Shown here: in pieces, positions 40,670 through 49,462 of the stretch
Layout: the number at the start of each line of letters is the position of its first letter
Numbering within the stretch: position 1 is the first letter of the stretch
The notes under the pieces: generated by a model
What the model saw: only the letters and a program-made list of their open reading frames with translations
Told to the model about the DNA's origin: nothing
Database searches by the model: none
Position numbers and translations under genes: made by a program
From: Bryobacterales bacterium
GTDB lineage: Bacteria > Acidobacteriota > Terriglobia > Bryobacterales > UBA6623
NCBI GenBank assembly: GCA_963422375.2
Contig: OY729428.2
Span: 1,088,001-1,152,000 of the forward strand
Direction: 5' to 3'
DNA length: 64,000 nt

Positions 40670-42175
40670 ATGGCTATCCCCGCTCGATTGCCCAAGATTT
40701 GCACCTGCGTCGGCCACGCCGACGCCTCCGTCGCGGCCGAAATCGCCATCGCGACGTGCGAACAAGGCGGTGCGCTGCTCGAGCTGCGGACCGACCTGCT
40801 GGCCGATCCCTGCTCCGGCTCGGGAGTCATTCGCGAGGTCCTGGGCAGACATCCCGGCACCGCGTTTCTCGCAACCTGTCGCAGGCGGGGCAACGGAGGG
40901 CGCTTCGCCGGGACCGTCGAGCAACAGGTGGAGGTGCTGCAGGCGGCGGTCCGGGCGGGAGCCGCCATAGTCGACCTGGAGATCGAGAGCCTCGAGGCAG
41001 CGCCCCGCGCCTTGGAAGAGTTTCCGAAGCAGGTCACGACTCTCGCCTCGTACCACGACTTCAAGCGGACTCCGGACTTGCTCCCCGTGGTGCGCCGGCT
41101 GCGGTCCACCGACGCAGACATCCTCAAGGTCGCCACGAGAGTCGTCCGGCCGAGCGACAACCTGAGACTCCTCGGCCTGTGTCGCGACCTGCCCAACGTC
41201 GTCGTGGCGGGCATGGGCGAGACCGGAGCTCCCGCGCGCCTGCTCGCGCCGCAGCACGGCGGGCTCTTCACCTACGCCGCGCCGGATGCCGATGGCGGTC
41301 GGGTCGAGCCGACAGCGCCCGGCCAGATCGCGACGTCAGCGGCTCGGGACCTCTACCGGATGCAGGACCGCACGACCGCGACCAAGGTGTACGCGGTCGT
41401 CGCCAAGCCCGTCGGCCACTCGAAGTCCCCGCTAATCCACAACCGGGCGTTCCAGGCCGCGGGCTTCGACGGGATTTACCTCCCGCTGCTCGTCGAGCCC
41501 GGGCACGTGGAGGACTTCTTCCGGACGTTGCGCGAACTGCCCCTGTCCGGAGCCAGCGTCACGATCCCCCACAAGCAGGCCGTGATGCCGCACCTCGACA
41601 AGGTGGACGCCGAATCCAGGGGCATCGGCGCCGTCAACACGATCTACTGGGACGAGGGTCGGGTCTGCGGGACCAACACGGACGCGGCCGGCGTCGCGGC
41701 TCCCCTGAGCAAGCGAGTCCGGCTCGACCGCTCCCGAGTGCTGGTAGTCGGCAACGGGGGCGCGGCCAGGGCCGCGCTCGTAGCGCTCCACCGGCGCGGT
41801 TCGCGGATCGCGGTAACCGGCCGGAATCCCGAGCGAGTCTCGCGCCTGGCGCTGCGGCACGGCGTGGAGGCGGTCCGCCTCGAGGATCTGGACGGGCGCT
41901 ATTTCGACGCGCTCGTCCAAGCCACCTCGGTCGGCATGCTGCCCAACTCCGACGACTGCCTCTTTCCCGGCCGCATCCCCGCCGACGTGGTCTTCGACTT
42001 GGTGTACAACCCGCTGGAGACCGCCCTGCTCCGGCACGCGGCGGACGAAGGCAAGACCGTAATCAGCGGCATCGAGATGTTCGTGGAGCAGGCCGCCGCC
42101 CAGTTCCGGATCTGGACGGGCCTGGACGCTCCACGCGGGGTCATGCGCGAGGCTGTCCTCGCCCGCGGAGATTAG
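40670..42175 (+). CDS. aroE: Bifunctional type I 3-dehydroquinate dehydratase / shikimate dehydrogenase
   Basis: ELRTD, ATCRR and SYHDF (AroD); HSKSP.IHN, SVTIPHK, GAVNT, NTD, GNGGAA and DLVYNP (AroE). Confidence 0.9.
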   Translation: MAIPARLPKICTCVGHADASVAAEIAIATCEQGGALLELRTDLLADPCSGSGVIREVLGRHPGTAFLATCRRRGNGGRFAGTVEQQVEVLQAAVRAGAAIVDLEIESLEAAPRALEEFPKQVTTLASYHDFKRTPDLLPVVRRLRSTDADILKVATRVVRPSDNLRLLGLCRDLPNVVVAGMGETGAPARLLAPQHGGLFTYAAPDADGGRVEPTAPGQIATSAARDLYRMQDRTTATKVYAVVAKPVGHSKSPLIHNRAFQAAGFDGIYLPLLVEPGHVEDFFRTLRELPLSGASVTIPHKQAVMPHLDKVDAESRGIGAVNTIYWDEGRVCGTNTDAAGVAAPLSKRVRLDRSRVLVVGNGGAARAALVALHRRGSRIAVTGRNPERVSRLALRHGVEAVRLEDLDGRYFDALVQATSVGMLPNSDDCLFPGRIPADVVFDLVYNPLETALLRHAADEGKTVISGIEMFVEQAAAQFRIWTGLDAPRGVMREAVLARGD

Positions 42176-42299
42176 TCGCGGGCGGGCGGCGCCGGGAATC
42201 GCAGGGTCGCGGCCAGCCCCTCGATCCCCCCAATCGCGCCGCCCCGAGGACCCGGGAACGGTTGCCGTACAGTGAAGGAGGCGGGCGCAGGCTCCCGGC

Positions 42300-43772
42300 A
42301 TGGCGAATCCCGATCTCCAAGCGTTTCGGGCACTGGTCGGCGGCGGGAATCTGGTGCCGGTGTGGAAGGTCCTCGCGGCGGACCTCGAGACACCCGTCTC
42401 CGCCTATCTGAAGCTCGCCGAGGGTCGCGACTACGCGTTCCTGCTGGAGAGCGTGGAGGGTGGCGAGCGCATCGGGCGCTACACCTACGTCGGCGCGGCG
42501 CCCTACATGACCGTCACGGCCTGGGGGGACGACGTAGAGGTCCGCCAAGGGGATGCGGTCAGCCGTCGGCGCGGTGACTTCTTCGCCATCCTGAAGGAAC
42601 TGACGCAGAGGTTCCGGCCGGCGGGCACGGACGGGCTGCCCCCGTTCAGCGCCGGCGCAGTGGGTTATGCGGCCTACGACCTCGTCCGGCGGATCGAGCC
42701 CCGCGTGCCCCCGTTTCGCGAGGACGATGTGGGGGCCCCCGACGCGGTATTCATGTTCTTCACCTCGGTGCTCGTGTTTGATCACGTCAGGCACCAGGTC
42801 TACGCCATCGCGAACGCCCGCCTTGACGACGGACAGGATCCGGACGAGGCCTACCGGCGCGCCTGCGGCGAGGTCGAGGCATTGGAAGCCTGCCTGTCCA
42901 AGCCGGTCTCCCTGCCGCGGCGAGCGTCCTGCACCGGCCCCCTCGAACTGCGCTCGAACATCGGCCGGGAAGCGTACTGCGCCGCTGTCGAGAAGGCGCG
43001 CGAGTACATCCTGGCCGGCGACATTTTCCAAGTCGTGCTCTCGCAGCGCCTCGAGATGCGGGCGGGCGTGCATCCGTTCCAGATCTACAGGGCGCTGCGC
43101 ACAGTCAACCCCTCCCCGTATCTCTTCTACCTGCAAATGGGGGAGACCGCGGTGGTCGGGAGCTCCCCCGAGATGCTGGTCAAGGTTGACGGCCGGGACA
43201 TCGAGTACCGCCCGATCGCCGGCACGCGCCGACGCGGCTCCAGCCCTGAGGCGGACCGCGCTCTGGCGGAAGACCTCCTCTCGGACCAGAAGGAACTCGC
43301 CGAGCACGTCATGCTGGTCGACCTCGGCCGCAACGATGTGGGACGGGTGGCGGAATACGGCTCGATTCGAGTCCCGGAATTCAAGATCATCGAGAACTAC
43401 TCCCATGTGATGCATATCGCCTCGAGCGTGCTCGGCACGCTGCGGGACGGGCTGGATGCCTTCGACGCGCTCATGGCGTGCTTCCCGGCGGGGACGGTGT
43501 CCGGCGCGCCGAAGGTGCGCGCGATGGAAATCATCGCGGAGCTCGAGCCCACCAAGCGCGGCGTCTATTCGGGCAGCGTGATGTACCTGGACTTCTCGGG
43601 CGCGCTCACGTCCGCCATCGCGATCCGCACGATGTTCATCCGCGGCGAGCGCGCCTACCTGCAGGTCGGGGCCGGCATCGTAGCGGACTCCGTTCCCGAA
43701 CGGGAGTGGGACGAGACCATGAACAAGGCCGGCGCCCTGCTCAAGGCAGTCGAGACGGCGCGCGAGCTGTAG
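42300..43772 (+). CDS. trpE: Anthranilate synthase component I
   Basis: DLETPVSAY, LLESVEGGE, NPSPY, PIAGTR, EHVMLVDLGRND, FPAGTVSGAPK, GAGIVADS. Confidence 0.95.
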   Translation: MANPDLQAFRALVGGGNLVPVWKVLAADLETPVSAYLKLAEGRDYAFLLESVEGGERIGRYTYVGAAPYMTVTAWGDDVEVRQGDAVSRRRGDFFAILKELTQRFRPAGTDGLPPFSAGAVGYAAYDLVRRIEPRVPPFREDDVGAPDAVFMFFTSVLVFDHVRHQVYAIANARLDDGQDPDEAYRRACGEVEALEACLSKPVSLPRRASCTGPLELRSNIGREAYCAAVEKAREYILAGDIFQVVLSQRLEMRAGVHPFQIYRALRTVNPSPYLFYLQMGETAVVGSSPEMLVKVDGRDIEYRPIAGTRRRGSSPEADRALAEDLLSDQKELAEHVMLVDLGRNDVGRVAEYGSIRVPEFKIIENYSHVMHIASSVLGTLRDGLDAFDALMACFPAGTVSGAPKVRAMEIIAELEPTKRGVYSGSVMYLDFSGALTSAIAIRTMFIRGERAYLQVGAGIVADSVPEREWDETMNKAGALLKAVETAREL

Positions 43773-43795
43773 GCGGGTCGGGCGAGCGCAGGATT

Positions 43796-46700
43796 TCAGT
43801 CCCGCCGGAGACCCGGCAGCAGCGGAGCCCGCAGCGAGAGCGCCGCGGCCGCGGCACCGGCGAGCAAGCCCGCACCCGTGATCGCGCCCAGCGTGAGCAC
43901 GAGAGGCAGCCAAGGCGGGTCCGCGGCGCCGCTCGCCAGGTGGGGCGCGACCGCGATGAGCGCTGCCAGCGCGCCCGCTCCCACGCCGAACAGGAGCAGG
44001 AACGCGTTCTCGGCGACAATCAGTCGCGCGATCGGTCCCTTGGCGAAGCCCAAGGCCTCGAGCAGCGCCAGCTCGCCGCGGCGCTCCAGCACGCTCCGCA
44101 CCATTGCCACGGCCAGGCCTAATGTGCCCAGCAGCAGGCCCAGCCCGCCGAGAGTACGGAAGGTGCTGAGATAGGTATTCTCCACGACTAGGAATCCCGC
44201 CAGCCGCTCCGACGTGCGGACGGCGTCAAGGCCCTCGTCGGCGAAGGCTTCCTCCAAGGAAACCGCCGTTTCGTTGGCGTCTGTATCGACCAGCAGGGCT
44301 TGGTACCCGCTGTGATCTGGGTAGAGTTCCAGAAACCTCCCCTCGGAGAGCAGGAGTTCGGACTGAAAGATGCTCCTCGAGAGAATGCCGGCGAGAACGA
44401 GGCGGCGGGCGCCGCCGTCGCCGCCCCGCACGGTCAGCTCGTCGCCGACGCCCAAGTGCAGGATCCACGTCGCCGAGTTGGCGTCCCCGAACACCGGGAT
44501 CGCGCCGGCGAAGTCCTTTTCGAGCAGAAGCCAGGGGTTGTTCCGCTCGGCGTCGGTCTCCGCGAGCGTCCGCTGGAAGGCGAAGCCGCCCCGCCGGATC
44601 ATGCCGGGCGGGACCCCCGCCAGGGTCGGTTCCTTGGGCTGGTAGAGGTTCAGGCAGCTGGCGTCCTCGCCCGCCCGGACCCGCAGCGGGACGATCCCCG
44701 CGATCGCGGGCAGCCCGCCCGCCACCTCGTCGATCCTGTCCCGGAAGAGCGGCGCCGTGGCCTCGGCAACCAGGCGGTAGCCCCCGTCGCCGGAGTCGAA
44801 CCGCGGTTCCTCCGCGCCGACGTCGTGCCGGTTCATGGCGACCGTCACGATCATGAAGGAGGCGCAAGCGACCAGCGCCGTCGACAGGACGCTGCGCGTG
44901 GGGTTGCGAGCGCCGTTGCGAATGCCCAGCTGCGCGATTCCCGCGACCGCGCCGCCGCCGCGCCGGGGGGCCAGCAGCGAGGCGCGGAACAGGACGAGCG
45001 ACGCGGCCAGCGCCAGGCTCCCTGCACCGAAGAACGCAGCGAGGCGGGCCGCCGGACCGCCTCCCAGAGAGCCCGCGAGAAGCGCGGCCGCCAGCGCGGC
45101 CCCCGCGGCCGAGAGGCGCCGCAAGCGACGGGCCCTGCGGAGCTGGCCGGGCGAGCCGGCCGCTTCCTCAACCTTCCCCGCCAGCAGCGCGCGCGGCGAC
45201 AGCGCCGCCAGGCGCCGGACGGACAGCCAGATGGAAGCCAGCATCAGGACCTGCGCGGCCGCGGCGCCGGCGACAGCGTCGAGCCAGCTGAAGTGGAGCT
45301 CCAGAAAGGAGCCTCCGACCGCCCCGCTCCACCACGTGTTGAGGCCGAGGATCATGAGCTTCGCGTAGAGGAAGCCTCCCGGGATCCCGACCAAGCAGCC
45401 GGCGGAAGCCAGCAGAACCCCCTCCGCCAGAAGCAGCCGTCGCACCGCCCCCGGCGCGAGCCCGGCGGCAAGAAGCGCGCCGATCTCGCGGGAGCGGCGC
45501 TCGACCCCCAAGCGGAAAAGCAGCGCGACCAGGATGGCCGCCGAGGCGATCAGGAACAGACTGAAACCGACGAAGAGCCCCGAGAAGTCCGTAGCGCCGG
45601 CCGCAGCGTCCAGCCCGGCCTGCTTGACGGGCTGGACAGCGAGTCCGAACGCCTGCGGATCCAAGAGCTCGTCCAAGGCCTTGCGGAACGCCGCGAGCGC
45701 CTGCTCGCCCGGATCGCCGGGCGGCGGCCCGAGCCGGATCGAGGTGAGCTGACCGAAGCGGCTGGTCCAAAGATCCTTCGCCTCGGGCAAGCCCACGAAG
45801 GCCTTGGGCGCGGCCCGGTAGCGATTCCAGTAGTCCTCGTCTCTCGGGCGGATGAGACGCAGGTCCATCGGGAACGGCGGATCCCAGTCCGAAATGCGCG
45901 TCCGGTCCGTCATGCCCTTGAAGGCCGGCGCATAGTCCCGGTCCGTCGCGGCACCCTCCATGCGCGCGATTCCCGCCAGCCGGAATGAGTGCTCGGCCGT
46001 CTCGAGCGTGGAACCAGGACCGACGACGTAGTAGGACAGCCTGACTTCCTGCCCGGCCCGAGCCCCGAGATCCCTCGCCGTCCATTCGTTCAGCACGATC
46101 TCGCCCCGCTCCGGGCCGGCGGCGGGCTGGCCGCGAGCCGGGCGCAGCCCGGACGGCCATGCCTCGAGCGCCGTAACGATGGAGTAAGGCACCGCGCGGC
46201 CATTCGCCTCGATCGAATTCGCCAGGTACGTCAGAATCTCGCTCGACGCCATTCCGGCCCGGGCAGCCGCCGCCCGAACGGCCTCGGCGGCCGGCACGTC
46301 GAGAACGACGCGCTCGGACTCGACGAGGAATCCCCGGCCTCCGGAAAGCGTCCGCAACGCGAGGGCGGCGTCCTCCGCCCCGAACGCGGATCGCCAGGCT
46401 GCCGACACCGACTCCAGCGTGCCTCCCGCGACGAACAGCGCGTTCGCCTTGCCCGCCTGCTCGAGGGCGCGCTGCAGCGCCTCCCGCTGCACGAAGGCGT
46501 TGAGCGGGCGCTGCTGCCGGGGAGAGAGGCCGAAGCGCGCGGCGCCCCGGTCGCCTAGAACGCTTGCGACCCGCAGCCGCAGCAGTCGCACGCTGTCGCT
46601 CTTGCGGCCCATGACCGACTCCGCCGGCACCAAGGCGTCCGTCCGGATCCGCAGGAGCACGCTGTCCCCCTCGACCGCCCCGATCTCGTCGGCCAGACGG

Positions 46701-47095
46701 CGGTTGATCGCGATCTCGCGGGGCCCGATGCCGGGAGGCTCGGCGTCATGGAAGCCCCAGAACGTCCGGTCGACTGCGTGAACGCCGACCTTGGACGAGC
46801 GCGCGCCCGAATCGGCGTGCTCGGCGCTGGCGAGTACAACGAGGCCCGCGGCGGCGCGCACGGGACCGTCGAAGCGCTCGACGGCAGACTCGCGGAAGTA
46901 GCGGTCGCCCGCTACGGCGAAATCGATCGCCCCGAGCCGGTCCAAGGTGAGACCGCGCAGGCTGCCGCGCACGGACGTGCCGACCATCAGGGCGCCGGTC
47001 AGAATGGCCGCGCCGATCGCGACGCCGAGCGCCACGGCCACATTGACCGAGCGATAGTGCAACAGGCTGCGCGAGAGCAGCCGGCGGGCCGTCAT
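43796..47095 (-). CDS. Large ABC transporter permease (FtsX/MacB-like, duplicated)
   Basis: Two FtsX-type TM blocks (ERRSREIG.L.A.G and ERRGELALL.ALGF) with large periplasmic domains. Confidence 0.85.
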   Translation of the reverse strand: MTARRLLSRSLLHYRSVNVAVALGVAIGAAILTGALMVGTSVRGSLRGLTLDRLGAIDFAVAGDRYFRESAVERFDGPVRAAAGLVVLASAEHADSGARSSKVGVHAVDRTFWGFHDAEPPGIGPREIAINRRLADEIGAVEGDSVLLRIRTDALVPAESVMGRKSDSVRLLRLRVASVLGDRGAARFGLSPRQQRPLNAFVQREALQRALEQAGKANALFVAGGTLESVSAAWRSAFGAEDAALALRTLSGGRGFLVESERVVLDVPAAEAVRAAAARAGMASSEILTYLANSIEANGRAVPYSIVTALEAWPSGLRPARGQPAAGPERGEIVLNEWTARDLGARAGQEVRLSYYVVGPGSTLETAEHSFRLAGIARMEGAATDRDYAPAFKGMTDRTRISDWDPPFPMDLRLIRPRDEDYWNRYRAAPKAFVGLPEAKDLWTSRFGQLTSIRLGPPPGDPGEQALAAFRKALDELLDPQAFGLAVQPVKQAGLDAAAGATDFSGLFVGFSLFLIASAAILVALLFRLGVERRSREIGALLAAGLAPGAVRRLLLAEGVLLASAGCLVGIPGGFLYAKLMILGLNTWWSGAVGGSFLELHFSWLDAVAGAAAAQVLMLASIWLSVRRLAALSPRALLAGKVEEAAGSPGQLRRARRLRRLSAAGAALAAALLAGSLGGGPAARLAAFFGAGSLALAASLVLFRASLLAPRRGGGAVAGIAQLGIRNGARNPTRSVLSTALVACASFMIVTVAMNRHDVGAEEPRFDSGDGGYRLVAEATAPLFRDRIDEVAGGLPAIAGIVPLRVRAGEDASCLNLYQPKEPTLAGVPPGMIRRGGFAFQRTLAETDAERNNPWLLLEKDFAGAIPVFGDANSATWILHLGVGDELTVRGGDGGARRLVLAGILSRSIFQSELLLSEGRFLELYPDHSGYQALLVDTDANETAVSLEEAFADEGLDAVRTSERLAGFLVVENTYLSTFRTLGGLGLLLGTLGLAVAMVRSVLERRGELALLEALGFAKGPIARLIVAENAFLLLFGVGAGALAALIAVAPHLASGAADPPWLPLVLTLGAITGAGLLAGAAAAALSLRAPLLPGLRRD

Positions 47096-47583
47096 CGATT
47101 CCTGATCTGGGGCTCCGTGCCCGAGGTCGCGAGCGGCAGCTGGCCCGCTGATACCTGCAGCCGCTCGAGCCGCTTGCGGACCGACCGCGCCCTCTTCCCG
47201 AGGGCCTCGATGCCTAGGTACCGCGAATAGGCGTCGATCGCCTCGCGAGGCTTGCCGAGCCTCTCCTGGGCCATGCCGAGCCGCCAGTAGGCCTCGGCGA
47301 AGTTAGAGTCCCAGCGCGTGGCCTCCTCGTAGCGCCCGGCGGCGGCGCGGTGGCTGCCCTTCTTCGCGTAGTAGTTGCCGACCTTGAGCTCGTTACGGGC
47401 CTGCACGGGGTTGAAGGCGTACTCCTGCCGTCGCGGAGCGAACTGCTCGTCCTCATCCACCAACTCGCCGTACTCGGCGGGCCGCTCGGCGAACGCGCCC
47501 CAGGACCCGTCCTCTTCCTGCGCGAGGGCCGGCGAGACCGGAAGCAACAGCGCGACTGCCGCGGCCAGCCTCACGGCCACCAT
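47092..47583 (-). CDS. Secreted TPR protein
   Basis: Signal peptide; VGNYYAKKG..AA.RY and AEAYWRLG TPR pattern; ATGA overlap with the permease. Start uncertain. Confidence 0.75.
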   Translation of the reverse strand: MVAVRLAAAVALLLPVSPALAQEEDGSWGAFAERPAEYGELVDEDEQFAPRRQEYAFNPVQARNELKVGNYYAKKGSHRAAAGRYEEATRWDSNFAEAYWRLGMAQERLGKPREAIDAYSRYLGIEALGKRARSVRKRLERLQVSAGQLPLATSGTEPQIRNR

Positions 47584-47789
47584 TGTAGCGCCCGCGACGG
47601 ACCGGCGCTCATCCGCGGGGAGGGACGGGTTGCGGAGAACGGCGCGGGTATCGTAAAGTCCCAATTGGACCAAGGCTTAGCCACACGGCCGGTCGGGCGG
47701 CCGGAAAGATCCTAGCGCGGAGCCTAGCCGGTAACCGCAGCGTCAAGCTACGATGAGTGGATTGCACTTAGTCACGGGGTAGGTAGGAA

Positions 47790-49424
47790 GTGCCGGACAA
47801 GGACGCGGTAGTTTTAGGGCTCGACTTCGGGACGGAGTCCGTCCGGGCTCTCTTGGTCGGGCTGGACGGCAGCGAGCGCGCTTCCTCGAACGCGCGTTTC
47901 TCTCGCGGCCAGATTACCGCCAAGCTGCCGGGCACGGGCGAGAAGCTGCCCTCCGACTTCGCCCTGCAGCATCCGTCAGACTGGCTCGAGTCGGCCGCCC
48001 GGGCGACGCGCAGCGCCTGGCGGCGCGCCGCCGACGCGGACACGCGGCTCGTCGGAATCGGCGTCGACTTCACGAGCTGCACGGTGCTGCCGTCGCTGGC
48101 GGACGGCACCCCCCTGTGCCTGCTGCCCGAGTACAAGGGCAACCCGCAGGCGTGGCCCAAGCTTTGGAAGCACCACGGCGCAAAGACCCAGACCGAGCGC
48201 ATCGACCGCCTGGCGCACGAGCGCCAGGAAGAGTTCCTCGAGCAGTACGGCGGGTCGATCGGGCTGGAGTGGTTCTTCCCGAAGGTGCTCGAGACGCTGG
48301 AGGAGGCGCCGGAGGTCTACCGCGCTGCCGAAGTGTGGGTCGAGGCTGGCGATTGGATCGTGTGGCGGCTGGTGGGCTGCCCCGCGGAAGAGATGGCTCG
48401 GTCGACCTGCCAAGCCGGCTACAAGGGGATGTGGACGTCGAATGACGGGTTTCCCTCGAAGACGTTCCTGCGCGCCCTGCACCCCGATCTGGTCGATATC
48501 GTCAAGACCAAGATGCCGGGCCGCATGATGGCACCCGGGCAGCAGGCCGGCCGCCTGTCCGCCAAGATGGCCCGGAAGCTGGGCTTCGAGGAAGGGATCC
48601 CGGTCAGCACGGCGATCATCGACGCCCACGCGGGCGTGCCCGGCGTGGGCGCGGCGGACGCGGGCACCTTGGTCATGGTTTGCGGCACCAGCTCCTGCCA
48701 CATGCTGAACTCGGCGGACTACCACCGGGTCCCGGGAGTGGCCGGCGTGGTCCGGGACGGCATCTTGCAGGGGATGTTCGGCTACGAGACCGGGCAGGCG
48801 GCCGTCGGGGACGCCTTCGACTGGCTGCGCCGGCTGACCGGGAACAAGCACTTCACCCCGCTGGCCAACAAGGCCGCCCCCTTGGCGCCCGGCGCGGACG
48901 GGGTGCTGTGCGTGGACTGGTTCAACGGCTGCAGGACGCCCCTAATGGACGGCAACCTCGCCGGGGCCTTCACCGGCCTGGCACTACGCCACGGCCCGCA
49001 CCATCTCTACCGGGCGATGCTCGAAGCGACCGCCTACGGCCTGCGCTGGATCGTCGAGATGCTCCGCGAGCACGACGTGCCGGTCAAGAAATTCATAGCC
49101 ACGGGAGGCCTGCCGCACCACAACCCGCTGTTCGTGCAGGTTGCGGCGGACGTGCTGGGCGAGAGCATCCTCGTGCATCCGTCCAAGCAGGGGCCCGCGC
49201 TAGGAGCGGCCATTCTCGGCGCGGTGGCGGCGGGCAAGCGGGCGAGCGGCTTCAGCACGGTGCGGTCTGCGGTGCGCACGATCGGGGGCGTGCGCAAGGA
49301 CATTGACGGCCGCCGGGGAGTGCTGGTCACCCCCGACAAGGCCAACACCAAGCGATACGACCCCTTGTACAAGCGCTACCGCGAGACGGCGCAGTTCCTG
49401 CAATCGAACGGCAAGGTGCTGTAA
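47790..49424 (+). CDS. araB: Ribulokinase (FGGY family)
   Basis: GLDFGTESVRA, ALQHP.D, GVDFTSCT, KLWKHH, IIDAHA, GTSSCH, DWFNG.RTP. Confidence 0.9.
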   Translation: MPDKDAVVLGLDFGTESVRALLVGLDGSERASSNARFSRGQITAKLPGTGEKLPSDFALQHPSDWLESAARATRSAWRRAADADTRLVGIGVDFTSCTVLPSLADGTPLCLLPEYKGNPQAWPKLWKHHGAKTQTERIDRLAHERQEEFLEQYGGSIGLEWFFPKVLETLEEAPEVYRAAEVWVEAGDWIVWRLVGCPAEEMARSTCQAGYKGMWTSNDGFPSKTFLRALHPDLVDIVKTKMPGRMMAPGQQAGRLSAKMARKLGFEEGIPVSTAIIDAHAGVPGVGAADAGTLVMVCGTSSCHMLNSADYHRVPGVAGVVRDGILQGMFGYETGQAAVGDAFDWLRRLTGNKHFTPLANKAAPLAPGADGVLCVDWFNGCRTPLMDGNLAGAFTGLALRHGPHHLYRAMLEATAYGLRWIVEMLREHDVPVKKFIATGGLPHHNPLFVQVAADVLGESILVHPSKQGPALGAAILGAVAAGKRASGFSTVRSAVRTIGGVRKDIDGRRGVLVTPDKANTKRYDPLYKRYRETAQFLQSNGKVL

Positions 49425-49462
49425 ACTGCAAAGGCGGCGAGGCGCCGTCGCGAGGATCGACC

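Noticed and set aside
14704..44122. Long Arg/Pro/Gly-rich overlapping ORFs such as 14704..16518, 20824..22476, 40639..42411 and 42141..43913
   Set aside because: Alternative-frame or antisense shadows of real genes in high-GC DNA.
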